Assembly (NCBI GenBank): GCA_964016885.1
Contig: OZ024752.1
Location: forward strand, 13,454,001-13,518,000
Length of the DNA: 64,000 nucleotides
Source: Eledone cirrhosa
Taxonomy: Eukaryota
Reading direction: 5' to 3'
Both the position numbers and the translations under genes were made by a program. Under the pieces are notes generated by a model. That model saw only the letters and a list, made by a program, of their open reading frames with translations, ran no database searches and had not been told where the DNA came from. Each line of letters begins with the position of its first letter. The stretch's first letter is position 1. Shown one piece after another: positions 37,978 to 51,359 of this stretch.

Positions 37978-38190
37978 TATTGGATTGACAGTATCGGTAG
38001 AGGGTCGGGCGCCATGCTTTGGAGCATAGAGTTACCTCTTTTTATGATCTGAGTTCAAATCCCGCCGAGGTTAACTTTGCCTTTCATCCTTACGGGATCG
38101 ATAAAATAAAGTACCACACGCACTGGGGTCGATTTAATCGACTCCCCCTCCGCCAAAATTTCTGGCCTTGTGCCTATATAAGAAACAATT
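37978..38190 (+). mobile_element. SINE family A with (ATT)n tail
   Basis: Full match to the family consensus. Confidence 0.9.
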
Positions 38191-38200
38191 ATTATTATTA

Positions 38201-39143
38201 TAGTTGCATTTATCTTGTTATGTTCATACGAGTTATCACCAAGTCACAACCAGTGACCTCAAGAGACAACACGGTTCGCCATGTTCAAGAAAGAACATAC
38301 ATAGACACACACATGCATCTTTAGGTGTTTAGACTTGTGACGTACTTATATTGACAGAATCTTCCTTAGTATATGGGTAGTTCCTATTAGTACTGTCTTT
38401 TGTATTTCACCTATACGCGGGTTTCCTGGGATTTGCGATAAGTAATCATTAGACCCCTTAGGTATATTGTTTTAGTTCTCAATTTCCACATTTTTCCAAT
38501 TTCTATCTCCAGGTCCTTTTACTTGCTCAATTTTTCAAATGTTTTTATAGATACATTCTTGTCTATTGGAACGGACATATCAATTAACAGGCATACCCTC
38601 TTTTTAAAATCCTTCAGTATTATATCAGGTCTATTTGCATCTATTTTTCGGTCTGTTTGTATGCTAAAGTTCTACAAGATTGAGATGTGATCTTTTTCAA
38701 GTACGGGAGGTGGTTGATGCTCCCACCAATTCTTTTGATGGGGCAGGTCAAAATGCTTACACATTATCCAATGTATGTATTGTGCAGCTCTGTCATGCCT
38801 GTTTAGGTATTCGGTTGGAGCTATAGGACTGCACATTGAAATTATATGATCAATGGTCTCTGGTTGTTTTTTTACATACACGGCATAATGGGTTATATCC
38901 ATTTTTTATTATGTTGGCTTGGTAATTTTTTGTTGGCAGACACTGATCTTGTGCTGATATAATCAGTCCTTCAGTCTCCGGTTTCAGTCCAGAGGATGCC
39001 AACCACTGATGGGTTAAAGTTTTGTCAACATCAGGATTGTTAGCTCTTTCTGGGTATTTTTCATACAGAGGCTTTTCTTGCCATTTCTTAGCCAGTTTCT
39101 GTAGCAGTTCTTTGTTTGCAGTTACTTTTACCTGCTTTGCTTT
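38201..39143 (-). mobile_element. 5'-truncated copy of the R4/Dong-like LINE
   Basis: Closely matches ~39164-40127, with a ~28-bp deletion near 38465 and stops. Confidence 0.92.
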
Positions 39144-39163
39144 TATTATTATTATTATTATTA

Positions 39164-42100
39164 CAGTTGCATTTATCTTGCTTTATGTTCATACGAGTTA
39201 TCACCCAACCAGTGACCTCAAGAGACAACAAGGTCCGCCATGTTCAAGGAAGAACATACATACTCACACATGCATCTTTAGTGTTTAGACTTGTGATGTA
39301 CTTATATTGACAGAATCTTCCTTAGTATATGGGCAGTTCCCATTAGTACTATCTTTTGTATTTCTCCTATACGCGGGTTTCCTGGGATCTGCGATAAGTA
39401 ATCATTAGACCCCTTAGGTATCATTCCCAGAGCGCCTACAACCACTGGTATTGTTTTAGTTCTCAATTTCCACATTTTTCCAATTTCTATCTCCAGGTCC
39501 TTATACTTGCTCAATTTTTCAAATGTTTTTATAGATACATTCTTGTCTATTGGAACAGACATATCAATTAGCAGGCATACCCTCTTTTTAAAGTCCTTCA
39601 ATATTATATCAGGTCTATTTGCATCTATTTTTCGGTCTGTTTGGATGCTAAAGTTCCACAAGATTGAGATGTGATCTTTTTCAAGTATGGGAGGTGGTTG
39701 ATGCTCCCACCAATTCTTTTGATGGGGCAGGTCAAAATGCTTACACATTATCCAATGTATGTATTGTGCAGCTCTGTCATGCCTGTTTAGGTATTCGGTT
39801 GGAGCTATAGGACTGCACATTGAAATTATATGGTCAATGGTCTCTGGTTGTTTTTTGCATACACGGCATAATGGGCTGCATCCATTTTTTATTATGTTGG
39901 CTTGGTAATTTTTTGTTGGCAGACACTGATCTTGTGCTGATATAATCAGTCCTTCAGTCTCCGATTTCAGTCCAGAGGATGCCAACCACTGATGGGTTAA
40001 AGTTTTGTCAACATCAGGATTGTTAGCTCTTTCTGGGTATTTTCCATACAGAGGCTTTTCTTGCCATTTCTTAGCCAGTTTCTGTAGCAGTTCTTTCTTT
40101 GCAGTTACTTTTACCTGCTTTGCTTTTTCTGTGTTTTCCATTTCAGCAGTAAATGGGACTTCTGAAATTTGTAGTCCATTACTGTATCTTTGTGCATCTT
40201 TTGTAATGGAATATGATCTTTTGATGCTTTCGTGTTTCAAAACGAGTTTGATCATCCAATCATGTGATTCCCTTAGATATGTAGATAATCCAATTGTTGC
40301 AGTTTTCAACGCAATGTCTAACTGGATTAACCCACGTCCTCCTTCTTTCCTAGGGAGATATATTCTATCTATATCTGCCTTAGGGTGATGCATTCTGTGC
40401 ATGGTTAAGAATTTTCGAATTTTTGTATCGAGCCTACGGATCTCTGTGCTTGACCAGTTGATGACATTGTAACTGTAGGTTACTACTGGTATGGCAAGCG
40501 TGTTTATAGCATCGATCCTATTCTTTGCATTCAATTCCGTTCTTAAGATTGCTCTTACTCTGCGGTAACATTCCTTCCTTATCCGTTCCCTCATTGTCGA
40601 GTGCTTGATTCCGTCTCCTTCACAAACACCTAGATATTTGTAAGTTTTTTCTTGATCAAGTTCTCTTATCACGTTCCCCCGATCAAGATTAATGTCTGAA
40701 CTCTTCAGCAGCTTTCCTCTGGTGAACGTTGCTTTGGCGCATTTATCTAGTCCAAACTCCATTTTAATGTCATCACTGAACTGCTCCACAGTGGATAATA
40801 GCCCTTGCAATTGTTCATCATTTTTTGCAAATAGTTTCAGGTCATCCATGTAGAACAGGTGATTAATGGTTTTGTCATAGACTTTATATCCATGTTTTGT
40901 TTCATTGAGCATTTTACTTAATGGTATAAGTGCGATGTAGAATAAAAGCGGTGATAAAGAGTCACCCTGAAAAATTCCACAATTAATATTAACTTCTCCA
41001 GCTTCCAGTGATTTTGTTTCACTATTCAAAAGGAGTGTCGTTTTCCATGTCTTCATACTGAATGACAAAAACCTCCTGACAACGGGGGATATTTTGAAAA
41101 TCTCTAAACATTTTTCAATCCAACTGTGTGGCAAACTATCGAATGCTTTTTTATAATCTATCCAAGCAATCGATAGATTTTTGTGTCTATTATGACAATC
41201 TTCCAGTATCATTTTGTTAACCAGAAGCTGATCCTTACAGCCACATGAGCCTCGTTTACACCCTTTCTGCTCAATGGGAAATAGGTCATTTGTTATCAGG
41301 TGGTCATATGTGTATTCAGTTAGGACTGATGTTAAAATTTTATACATTGTGATCAAGCAAGTTATCGGTCTGTAATTTTTGGGATTGTTTGTCTCATCAT
41401 TCTTCGGAAGCAGGAATGTAATGCCGTTAACTAGCCATGATGGTATCTTTTCTGGCTCCTTAACTATTTCATTGTAAAGTAGGGCTAACAGCTCATGAGA
41501 CTATGTGAAGGCATTTATCCAAAAGTTTTGTATTTTGTCTTTTCCTGGGGATTTCCATTTGCTGGTTTTTCTTAGAGCCAAGCGCAACTGTTCAACTGTT
41601 ATATTTTCCCATATTTGTTCCTCAAGGTGAGCTGTATCTTTCATTTGTCTGTCTATCCATGGGGCATGTATGTTATGAACTTTTTCTTCGGCCCAGATCT
41701 TTTCCCAGAATTCTTGCACTTCCTCCTTGGGTGGTATTGATTTAGCAGTTATTGTTGACTTACCAATTTTTCTGTAGAAGTTTCTTTGGTTGTTTTTGAA
41801 CATATTATTGTCCTTATAGAATCTAGATCGTTTTTCAAAGCGCCTTATATGAGCAGCTTTGGCCGACACTTTTTGCTTGATTGTTTCTATCAGCATGTCT
41901 ATGTCACATGTTGATTTTATACTGTACTTTTTTTTCAATTTTCTAAGTTTAGTTTGTTTAACATGTTCACCTACTTTATAGTTTGTTAAAATTTCTATGT
42001 CAGATCGGAGAAGGTTTATTTGGCGATTGATGTTCTCTTGCCAAGTAGATTTCTTGTGGGAATTCCTTTGTTTTTTCATCTTCACTCCACATAAGTGAGT

Positions 42101-43193
42101 GGTGACTTTAGCCGATGCATAATAGAGATGATTTAAATCAGTAATGTTTAGTTTGTTTGTGATGGTAATGTTTTTGAGAATTATGTTAGTCTTGTGTATT
42201 ATCTTTTGGTTCTGTTTGGAGTTCTGGATCTTAGGGAGGGTGTCTCGTTGCCCCATGTCAGATTCTTTCATTTTCATCCATTCGATCATAATTTCATCCT
42301 TCAAGTTGGCAAGTTCATTCTCATTCATTTCTTTATCATTTACGATCTCATTATTTTCATTTGGAGTTTCATCCTGAGCATGCACTCCCTCCACTTTTTC
42401 GATCCTTTCTTTAATCTGTTCTGTTGCCAGTGATTCCGCCCCAACCCTGGGGTTCGAAGTGTTACAGTTTACCTCGTTTTCACTGACACATGTTTCATTT
42501 TCCCTTCGCTGACTTTGTGCTAATAGCTTGATCTGATCAATTTCTATATTAGTTAGTAACTTTTTTCTTACAATATTTCTTCGTATATTGGCTAGTTTGT
42601 TACTGTCAATATAGCCTCTGTTTTCGGGATGTTTCTTTTTCCAGTTGATATATATCTGTTCTGTATTCGATGTATTTGATGGGTAGTACATGGCAGTGTA
42701 GAAAGCCTCAAGGACTTCTTTATTATCTTCCCTTGACCATTTTTCTCTCTTTTTCTTTGGATTTCTTGGTGGTGAGCATGGAGGGCCAACAGTAGGGGTA
42801 TTCCGGTTATGGGAGGTCTCCAGCTCCGAAGTGATGGGAAGGTTTGAACCATTAGCTGATTTTTCGACCCCAGTCTGGTTCCTCTCTGAGGGACGCGGCC
42901 CTTTTTTACCCGGGTGACGGCCGATCCGGTATGAGATTTTATCATTAGACATTTACTTTATTTTGTCGCGTTTTATCCTTATCCGCCAAGGGGTAATCAT
43001 TTCGTGTTACCACTTCTAGAACGAGTGTCAACCAAGACTAGAGGGGTCGTTCTCCCCTAGAGACACGGCTATTCCCCGCCGGCCGCCATCCCGGTATTTC
43101 TTGGTCACGGGGATTTCTTTTTGTTGTTTTTTTTAAATTGTTATTATCATGAGTGGTTCCTTAATGTGAGCATTGCGTGGCTTAAGAATGAAA
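39164..43193 (-). mobile_element. Near full-length R4/Dong-like RLE-type non-LTR retrotransposon
   Basis: Single long ORF with short UTRs, flanked by (TAA)n or TAA-like sequence. Dong/Rex6 elements are known to target TAA repeats. Confidence 0.9.
39302..42952 (-). pseudogene. RT, CCHC and restriction-like endonuclease polyprotein interrupted by one in-frame TAG (41501-41503)
   Basis: The 483-aa and 684-aa ORFs are in the same frame with 48 open codons between them. Motifs: WKSPGKDKI, NYRPITCL, WIDYKKAFDS, GIFQGDSLSP, YMDDLK, YKYLG, CRVC..HIISMC, RHD, RPDI, KLSKY. Confidence 0.92.
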
Positions 43194-43269
43194 TTATTAA
43201 TAACTGTCTCCACTCCAGGCACAAGGCCAGCAATCACCCAGTGCATTACAATTTATTATTATTATTATT

Positions 43270-43691
43270 ATTATTATTGTTATTGTTATTCCTTGAATCT
43301 CAGTCATTGATGTTGGTTAACTGGAAAGTCCGTTGGATTGAATATCAAGCCACTACCTGCAGCCTCAGATATTCAGGACGTATCGGAGGGTTCTTGCCGT
43401 TCCAAGCAAGCATGCCTTTTGAAGCGTTCCAAAAAGCGTGAAGGGGCCGATTTTCTTTAACCATCCCTGGAAACCTTTGGAGATAGTCCCCAGTGCGCCT
43501 ATGACAATCGGGATCACTTTGACTTCATGGCAGTTCCAAATCCTTTTCACCTCCCACTTTAGGTCCTGGTATCGGTTAATTTTCTCCCTCTCCTTCTCTT
43601 GCACTCTCGTGTCGAACGGGCAGGCCACATCCACAATCAGGCACGATCTTTTTTCTTTGTCCACAACCACCAGGTCAGGTCTATTGTGTTC

Positions 43692-43692
<1 letters not shown>
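43270..43692 (-). mobile_element. 3' fragment of a second R4-like subfamily (RLE C-terminus)
   Basis: RPDLVVVDKEKRSCLIVDVACPFD..EKINRYQDLKWE..PIVIGALG. Flanked by (ATT)n. Confidence 0.85.
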
Positions 43693-43744
<52 letters not shown>

Positions 43745-43932
43745 AGAGCGGTGGATTGGCAGTATCGGTAGCAGGTCGGACGCCATGCTTTGAAGCATAG
43801 AGTTACGTCCCTTTATGATCTGAGTTCAAATCCCGCCGAGGTTAACTTTGCCTTTCATCCTTACGGGGTCGATAAAATAAAGTACCAGTAATGCACTGCG
43901 TAATTGCTGGCCTTGTGCCTAAAGTAGAAACA
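43745..43932 (+). mobile_element. SINE family A (internally shortened variant) with (ATT)n tail
   Basis: Consensus match lacking the gggtcgatttaatcgac segment. Confidence 0.9.
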
Positions 43933-43988
<56 letters not shown>

Positions 43989-44034
43989 CACTATTTGTAC
44001 AAATATGCAACTTAACAATATTCTGCATATCCGC

Positions 44035-44191
44035 ATTTGTCAATGCATATAATGCTGATACCGGTATTATAAATAAATTAATGTTTTGACATTTCACTGA
44101 AAAAGTCTCTTCAACATTTTCTACTGAAAAAATCTTTTTCCTTTCTATTATTTCTTTTATATATATAAAGTCGTGTGTTACTTTTCTACAT

Positions 44192-44197
<6 letters not shown>
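44035..44197 (-). repeat. Right arm of the inverted repeat pairing with 32243-32410
   Basis: See left arm. Followed by (TA)n. Confidence 0.85.
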
Positions 44198-44248
<51 letters not shown>

Positions 44249-44274
44249 TGCGTTTACAGATTGACTTTGTTAGT

Positions 44275-44435
44275 TTCAGAAGATCCCGTTAAGGGTGAAA
44301 GCAGCGATTCTTTGCTTAAACTTTAATCTGTTATTTTAATAAATATTTGCTCTACGGTTCTTATATATTTGATATATATTTTCCTTATCGAGCCCTCTTT
44401 GGATTTTAGTCTTCAATTTTATTATTATTACTATA
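44275..44435 (+). mobile_element. Short (TA)n-associated repeat family (other copies 53232-53395 minus, 54735-54776 minus)
   Basis: gaaagcagcgattctttgcttaaactttaatctgttattt is shared by three loci. The 53.3 kb copy has a small fold-back (53332-53428). Confidence 0.75.
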
Positions 44436-44540
44436 TATATATATATATATAATGGAAAATTTGAACAGGAACAAAACAGAGAGGCAGTACAACGAATGTT
44501 TATTAATTTCACGTTCTTGAGAGTGGTGTGGTGATGGGGA

Positions 44541-44577
44541 ACGACGTTTCGGGCATAAGCCCTTCTTCAGGTGAAAA
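44541..44577 (-). ncRNA. Minimal hammerhead core
   Basis: Minus strand reads tttcac CTGAAGA a-gggc-ttat-gccc GAAA cg TC gt. Proximal stem I is weak (2 bp), and a complementary gtgaaa lies ~30 nt downstream. Confidence 0.65.
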
Positions 44578-45183
44578 GTGTGTGGGAAGAGAGTTCAAAG
44601 GGTGTGTAGGGGAGTGGTCGAGGGACATATAGCAACAAGGGGTGGGAGGAAACGGTGCAAATGAAATTAAAAATAAAAGCATGATCAAATAAAATTTAAA
44701 TGGAGTAAAACAGGTGGTGGAAGGGTGTGGGGCGTGTAGGGGTGGTGGCGGGTGGAGTGGGGAGAGGGCTGAAGGTGGTGTGTGTGTGTGTGTGTGTATG
44801 TGAAAGCAAGGGTTGGGGGAAGAACGGGGTTGCATGTTCAGGAAGAGGTGTGTGTGGGGTGGGGTGTAGGTCGGAGTGTGTGTGCGTGTGTGGATAGAGG
44901 GGTGGGGGGAGAGGAATCCGGAGGCTGAATGTGTAAATATGTGGCGGAACGCACGTGTGTGTGGTGTTTAAGCGTGTTGTGGGTGTAGTGGGTGTAGGTG
45001 GCGTGTGGGAAAAAAATTTTTTTTTGGGGTGTGTGTGTGGGTGAGTCATGAAGGTGATTCCGTAGGAAGAAGTGGTGGAATGGTTGGTAAAATCCTAGGA
45101 TGGTAGTTGATTCCGCGGTCAAGATCCACATACGAGTAATCCGTGAAGAGATTGGTCGGAAGAGGGGAGATGTGGGGTGCGCG

Positions 45184-45370
45184 CAGATCAGAGCAAACAT
45201 CACGGACGCTCTATCTCAAAATTATTTTTGAAAAGCATTAGAAATGCGCAACCGGTAAAAACCAAAACTAAATACTAACCAGTACTATTACTAATTCTCA
45301 CTTATTCCTGATTAAACTATTTTTCACTGCGAACAATTTGTCAGCATTTTCTATTCCGTTTACCAAAATA
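45184..45370 (+). mobile_element. Diverged copy of the 3'-terminal segment of the 9812-11810 element
   Basis: Matches 11586-11780 (agagcaaacatcacgg..ctctatctcaaaattatttttgaaaagcat). Confidence 0.8.
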
Positions 45371-45483
45371 TATATATATATGTGTGAATGAAGTAATTCC
45401 GTCGGAAAAGTCCAGGAAAAAAGAGTGCTGTATGTAGGTAACAGAGCTTAATAGTTATGTAATAAACAATTAGGCAATTATTC

Positions 45484-45537
45484 CATTTACCAGTGGTTTC
45501 TTAAAAGCAAAAGATTTTGCTTTCAATCCTCAGAATG
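45484..45537 (-). ncRNA. Type I hammerhead ribozyme
   Basis: Minus strand reads catt CTGAGGA ttgaaagcaaaa-tc-ttttgcttttaa GAAA ccactgg TA aatg. An adjacent hairpin lies at 45554-45621. Confidence 0.82.
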
Positions 45538-45649
45538 AAAAAATCCTGGTCTGTTTATTGAATTTGGATTTTAAAAACAAAAATCTTGTGATTTTTGATT
45601 TAAAAATCCAAATTCAATAAATTTCTGGTTTACAAGAGATATATATATG

Positions 45650-45705
<56 letters not shown>

Positions 45706-46369
45706 ATTCGTATGGGTTCATGTACCATGTACGTTAATACTCGTCCTTTTTTCCATTCATGTTTTTTTTTTTAAATCCCAACAAACAGACTAATTCTATT
45801 TAGTCAAATACGGCGTAAGCACATGTTACTACCTAATATATATATATAATATATGTATATTTATACTCTCTCTCTATATATATATACACACACAGAAAGT
45901 GATATTTTTGATGATTGCATCCAATTATAAATGACTTTTAGTTGAACAGCTCCTTGCCGTTATAAAAGTACAACGATTGGAATGGTATCAACATATATAT
46001 TTCTATTCTCTAGTCAACTCTTCTACTGTCAGCTGTCTCATATAATAGCGAATTACTATTCAAAATTAGCCACTTATACAAGCTGGTGACACAATACTGC
46101 GTGAGGAATTTTCTGAAAACTGATGTCGCTTGCTGTTTACTGTCCATTTCTATTGTGTATATTGCTATTGTTCCTGGGTGATGAATCGGCAGAGTTATTA
46201 GAACACCGCAAAAAATGCTTTGCAGTATTCATACTAGCTCTCTGCTCTCTGAGTTTAACTCCTGCCGTGTTTAATTATTAATTTCTGAATTAGGGAGTGT
46301 GACCATGAAACATAAGGCAAACAGAGGTATTAAACCCCAGAGAGGATTAATTTCCATCACACAACAAAT

Positions 46370-46570
46370 GCGCATGGCTTAGTGATTAGAGCATTGGGCT
46401 TGCAATCGAAAGGTTGTGAGTTCAATTCTCGGACCGGGTGATGTGTTGTTTCCTTGAGCAAGACACTTTATTTCACGTTTACTAAGCTGTATAAATGAGA
46501 TGATAGAACTGGGGATCCCTATCATTAAATTACCCAAGACACATCCAACGAAATATACCTTGGAGGAGGC
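46370..46570 (+). mobile_element. CORE-type SINE family B
   Basis: gcgcatggcttagtgattag..gagttcaattc..tccttgagcaagacactt. Confidence 0.8.
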
Positions 46571-47134
46571 TAAACCTGCATAGGTGTGAGCTGTCACACA
46601 CACACTACAAATGCATTACTTGGCGCATGAGCCAAATATAATGCATTTGTAGTGTCGTGGAGCTTAATGTCCCCTGGCGCTTAGTACCCCGATTGCCCTA
46701 TACATATACACCAGGTTCGAAAACAAAGGAACCAAACTCCCACTGTCACTGCCTCCCGCTCTCCTTATCTTTCAATATTATGGGAAAATGGAGGCCCAGG
46801 CGCTGGCCACCCAGTGGCCTCGGTGGAAATAATAGAGAGTGCGTTTGCTCGGAGGATGGTGAGTGAGACGCGCTGGAAGAGCCATTCCACTTGCGGGGCT
46901 CACAGCTGCGGGTAGCCAACTGAAATACCATCGAGATCAACGTTGCCTTTTATCATTTTGAGGTCGATGAATAAAGTAACATTCAAGTGTCTCAATTTCT
47001 TCTGCTTTCCATTACTCTGTCTCTTTAACTGGATTAAATTAGCTGTGTTCAAACCTGGAGAGGAATGTCCTTTGCTAGGTTTTACATGCGCAAGACATGC
47101 GGTTTGTCATGACGGCGCTCCTACTATCCGACCT

Positions 47135-47584
47135 AAACTGCAAAATCAAGGAGCTCCTCTTTCTAGCAATTGTTGAATCCGTCCTGCTTTACGGCAGAGA
47201 AACGTGGACTATTTATAAAGTGCTATGAAAGGGACTTGACAGATGTTACACGAGGATGCTGAGAATGGCTCTCAACATTTCTTGGAAACAGAAGCTGACA
47301 AATAAGGAACTATACAGATCACTACCACCAGTCTTAAAAAAAGTTGCATCCAGACGAATGAAACTGGCTGGGAACTGCATCTGTCACCCAGAAGAGACAG
47401 CATCACAACTTGTGATCTGGAAACGGATGGTCGAACGAAGAAGCGTAGGAAGACAAGCCGTCTCATTCATTGATACCCTGCTGAGAGATGCCAACATTGA
47501 TAACATCGATGAACTGAGAAATGTCACACTCGACCGGGACAATTAGAGAAAGTGTGCTGAATCTTTGCGAGTGTAAACTCGGCC

Positions 47585-47585
<1 letters not shown>
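47135..47585 (+). mobile_element. RTE-like LINE 3' fragment with (TAA)n tail
   Basis: FLAIVESVLLYGRETW..LDRCYTRMLRMALNISWKQKLTNKELY..RRMKLAG. Confidence 0.8.
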
Positions 47586-47638
<53 letters not shown>

Positions 47639-47654
47639 TAATATTTACAAGGAG

Positions 47655-48320
47655 GAGGCTAGCCCACTGTGCAGGATCTGTGGAGAGAGAGAGGAGACTG
47701 TGACTCACATTGTATCCGAGTGTAAACACCTAGCCCAGACTCACTATAAGGGCTGGAGACATGATGTGATGGGCAGGGTGATCCACTGACACCTATGCAA
47801 AGTAAACAATTTACCACATTATGAGAAGTGGTATGAGCATAAGCCAGAGTCGGTGATAGAAAACGATCAGGTGAAGATGCTGTAGGATTTTAGGATACAG
47901 ACGGACAAGAAACTGGAACACAATAGACCTGACCTGGTGGTTTTGGACAAAGAAAATAGATCGTGCCTGATTGTGGATGTGGCCTGCCCATTCAACACGA
48001 GAGTGCAAGAGAAGGAGAGGGAGAAAATTAACCGATACCAGGACTTAAAGTGGGAGCTAAAAAGGATTTGGAACTGCCATGAAGTCAAAGTGGTCCCGAT
48101 TGTCATAGGCGCACTAGGGACTATCTCAAAAAGTTTCCAGGGATGGTTAAAGAAAAATTAGCCCCGCCACGCTTTTTGGAACGCTTCAAAAGGTATGCTT
48201 GCTGGGAACAGCAAGAACCCTCCGATACGTCCTGAATATCTGAGGCTGCAGGTAATGGCTTGATATTCATTTCAACAAACTTTCCAGTTAACTAACATCA
48301 ATCACTGAGACTCAAAGAAC
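47655..48320 (+). mobile_element. 3' fragment of the second R4-like subfamily
   Basis: ETVTHIVSEC..RHD..RPDLVV. Matches 43270-43692 in the opposite orientation. Confidence 0.85.
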
Positions 48321-48326
48321 AATAAC

Positions 48327-48365
<39 letters not shown>

Positions 48366-48368
<3 letters not shown>

Positions 48369-48545
48369 TGTTTCTACTTTAGGCACAAGGCCAGCAATTA
48401 CCCAGTGCATTACTGGTACTTTATTTTATCGACCCCGTAAGGATGAAAGGCAAAGTCAACCTCGGCGGGATTTGAACTCAGATCGTAAAGGGACGTAACT
48501 ATGCTGGAAAGCATGGCGTCCGACCCTCTACTGATACTGCCAATA
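48366..48545 (-). mobile_element. SINE family A (short variant)
   Basis: Reverse consensus match. Confidence 0.9.
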
Positions 48546-48578
48546 ATAATAATAATAAGACTATTTTTTATTCCCCAC

Positions 48579-48822
<244 letters not shown>

Positions 48823-49289
48823 TCAAATGGACATTATTGAAAAAAATGAGAGGGACACTTCTTTTAAAATAGAGTTTTTTAATGTATATAAAATATAGCC
48901 GTTTCCAATGTATTAGTAAAATTCATCTTATCAAATGTTGAGTATTACAATTAAATAGAATTAATAAAAATTAAAACTAAAAATTACAGATTTACAATTA
49001 AGTGTTAAGGTAAGTTTTTTTACATCTTGCTTGTTGAGAAGGAGACTGGAAAATGAACTCTTGTGTATAGAGAGAGAGGTAGTCATGGTAGTAGGAGCAG
49101 CAGTGGTAGGTGTGTTTTTTCACATACAACAAAATTGTTTTTAGGGACAAAGGAAATATTCTGTAAATATGTGTGTGTCTCAATTGTGTTAATGGACTGG
49201 TTAAGAGTTAAGATGAGGGTGGCGAAGGCGGGAACTGTAAGCTAGAGACAAATTCTATGGGATTGGCAACAGTAGAGTTGTAAAAGAAA

Positions 49290-50605
49290 TTCTTTTTGCT
49301 TGATTGTTTCTATCAGCATGTCTATGTCATTTGTTGATTTTATACTGTATTTTCTATTCAATTTTCTAAGTTTAGTTTGTTTAACATGTTCACCTACTTT
49401 GTAGTTTGCTAAAATTTCTGTCAGATCGGAGAAGGTTTATTTGGCGATTGATGTCCTCTTGCCAAGTAGGTTTCTTGTGGGAATTCCTTTGTTTTTTTTC
49501 ATTTTCACTCCACATAAGTGAGTGGTGACTTTAGCCAATGCATAATAGAGATGATTTAGATCAGTAATGTTTAGTTTATTTGTGATGATAATGTTTTTGA
49601 GAGTTATGTTAGTCTTGTGTATTATCTTTTGGTTCTGTTTGGAGTTCTGGATCTTAGGGAGGGTGTCTCGTTGCCCCATGTCAGATTCTTTCATTTTCAT
49701 CCATTCGATCATAATTTCATTCTTCAAGTTGGCGAGTTCATTCTCATTCATTTCTTTATCATTGACGGTTTCATTGTATTCATTTTGAGTTTCATCTTGT
49801 GCATGCGCTCCTTCCACTTTTTCGATCCTTTCTTTAATCTGTTCTGCTGTCAGTGATTCCGCCCCAACCCTGGGATTTGAAGTGTTACAATTTACCTCGT
49901 TTTCACTGACACACGTTTTATTTTCCCTTCGCTGACTTTGCGTTAATTGCTTGATCTGATCAATTTCTATATCAGTTAGTAACTTTTTCTTAACAATATT
50001 TCTTCGTATATTGGCTAGTTTGTTACTGTCAATATAGTCTCTGTTTTCGGGATGTTTCTTTTTCCGGTTGATATACGTCTATTCTGTGTTCGATCTATTT
50101 GATGGGTAGTACATGGCAGTGTAGAAAGCCTCAAGGACTTCTTTATTGTCTTCCCTTGACCATTTTTCTCTCTTTTTCTTTGGATTTCTTAGTGGTGAGC
50201 ATGGAGGGCCAACAGTAGGAGTATTTCGGTTATGGGAGGACTCCAGCTCCGAATTGATGGAAAGGTTTGAACCATTAGCTGAATTTTTGACCCCAGTTCC
50301 TCTATGAGGAACGCGGCCCTTTTTGACCCAGGTGACGGCCGATCCGGTATGAGAAGTTATCATTTGCCATTGGCTTTATTTTGTTTACCGCCAATGGGTA
50401 ATCATTTCGTGTTACCACTCCTAGAACGAGTGTCAATCGAGACTAGAGGGGTCATCCTCCCCTAGAGACACGACTATTCCCCACCGGCCGCCATCCCGGT
50501 ATTTCTTGGTCACGGTTTTTTTGGGTGGGTGGGCAGGGGGGGGGGTAAATTGCTATTATCATGAGTGGTTCCTTAATGTGAGCCCTTCGTGACTGAGAAA
50601 GAAAT
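49290..50605 (-). mobile_element. 5' portion of another R4/Dong-like copy (3'-deleted, frameshifted)
   Basis: Matches ~41870-43190, including the 5' UTR. Confidence 0.9.
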
Positions 50606-50609
50606 CTAA

Positions 50610-51025
50610 ACTATAATAATGTAAGAAGCGCTGGACTGCGTACGGTTTATAATTTGTTATCCCATTAGTAAAATAAGTTGGATTACTTTGAATAAATAAT
50701 GAATATTACATAATTTATCTACTAAATTTCGTGGCTGTTCATTAAATATATTTCATTATTTATTTAAAGATTCACTTCTTTAAAATTTTCAAATGTCAAC
50801 ACTTCAGGTGACGATCGCTTAAATAAACATATTAATTTTCTGTCACTAATTTTCTCCTAATGCAGTTTATATATAATATCGTCTTTTTTTAATGTATCAT
50901 GGATTACTTTACTGATTACATTACGTTCAATTTCTGTGTTTATTGTCAATTACGATTTTATTTGACGTATATGCATACAACGCAAGCTAGCAGAAAACCA
51001 CTCGAAGGGTGGTTTTTCTGCTAGT
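50610..51025 (-). mobile_element. Unclassified repeat with terminal hairpin ctagcagaaaaccac..gtggtttttctgctag; inverted relative to copies at 51360 and 52320
   Basis: Reverse-complement matches to ~51360-51915 and ~52320-52985. Confidence 0.7.
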
Positions 51026-51359
51026 TATTATTAATAATTGTTTCTACTTTTGGCACAAGGCCAGCAATTATCCAGTGCATTACTAGTACTATATTTTATC
51101 GACCCCGTAAGTATGAAAAGTGTTTCCGCCACCTTCCCCTTTCTTAAGTTACCAGAAGGTAGTGAGGGAATAGTGGTGGTAGCAATGATGGAGTTGTGGC
51201 GACGGTGATGGGATAGTCGTACTATAGTGATGGCGTTGTAGCCACTATATTCTGTTGAATATTAAATATCGCCTATGTTTAATATACATGTTGACATATT
51301 TCCTTAATATTTGAATTAAACATTTTGAGAAAACTTGAGATACAATAATAATTATTATT

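Noticed and set aside
44275-44310. cagaaga-tccc..ggg-t-GAAA hammerhead-like motif
   Set aside because: The core is CAGAAGA in both copies, and there is no UH or stem I closure.
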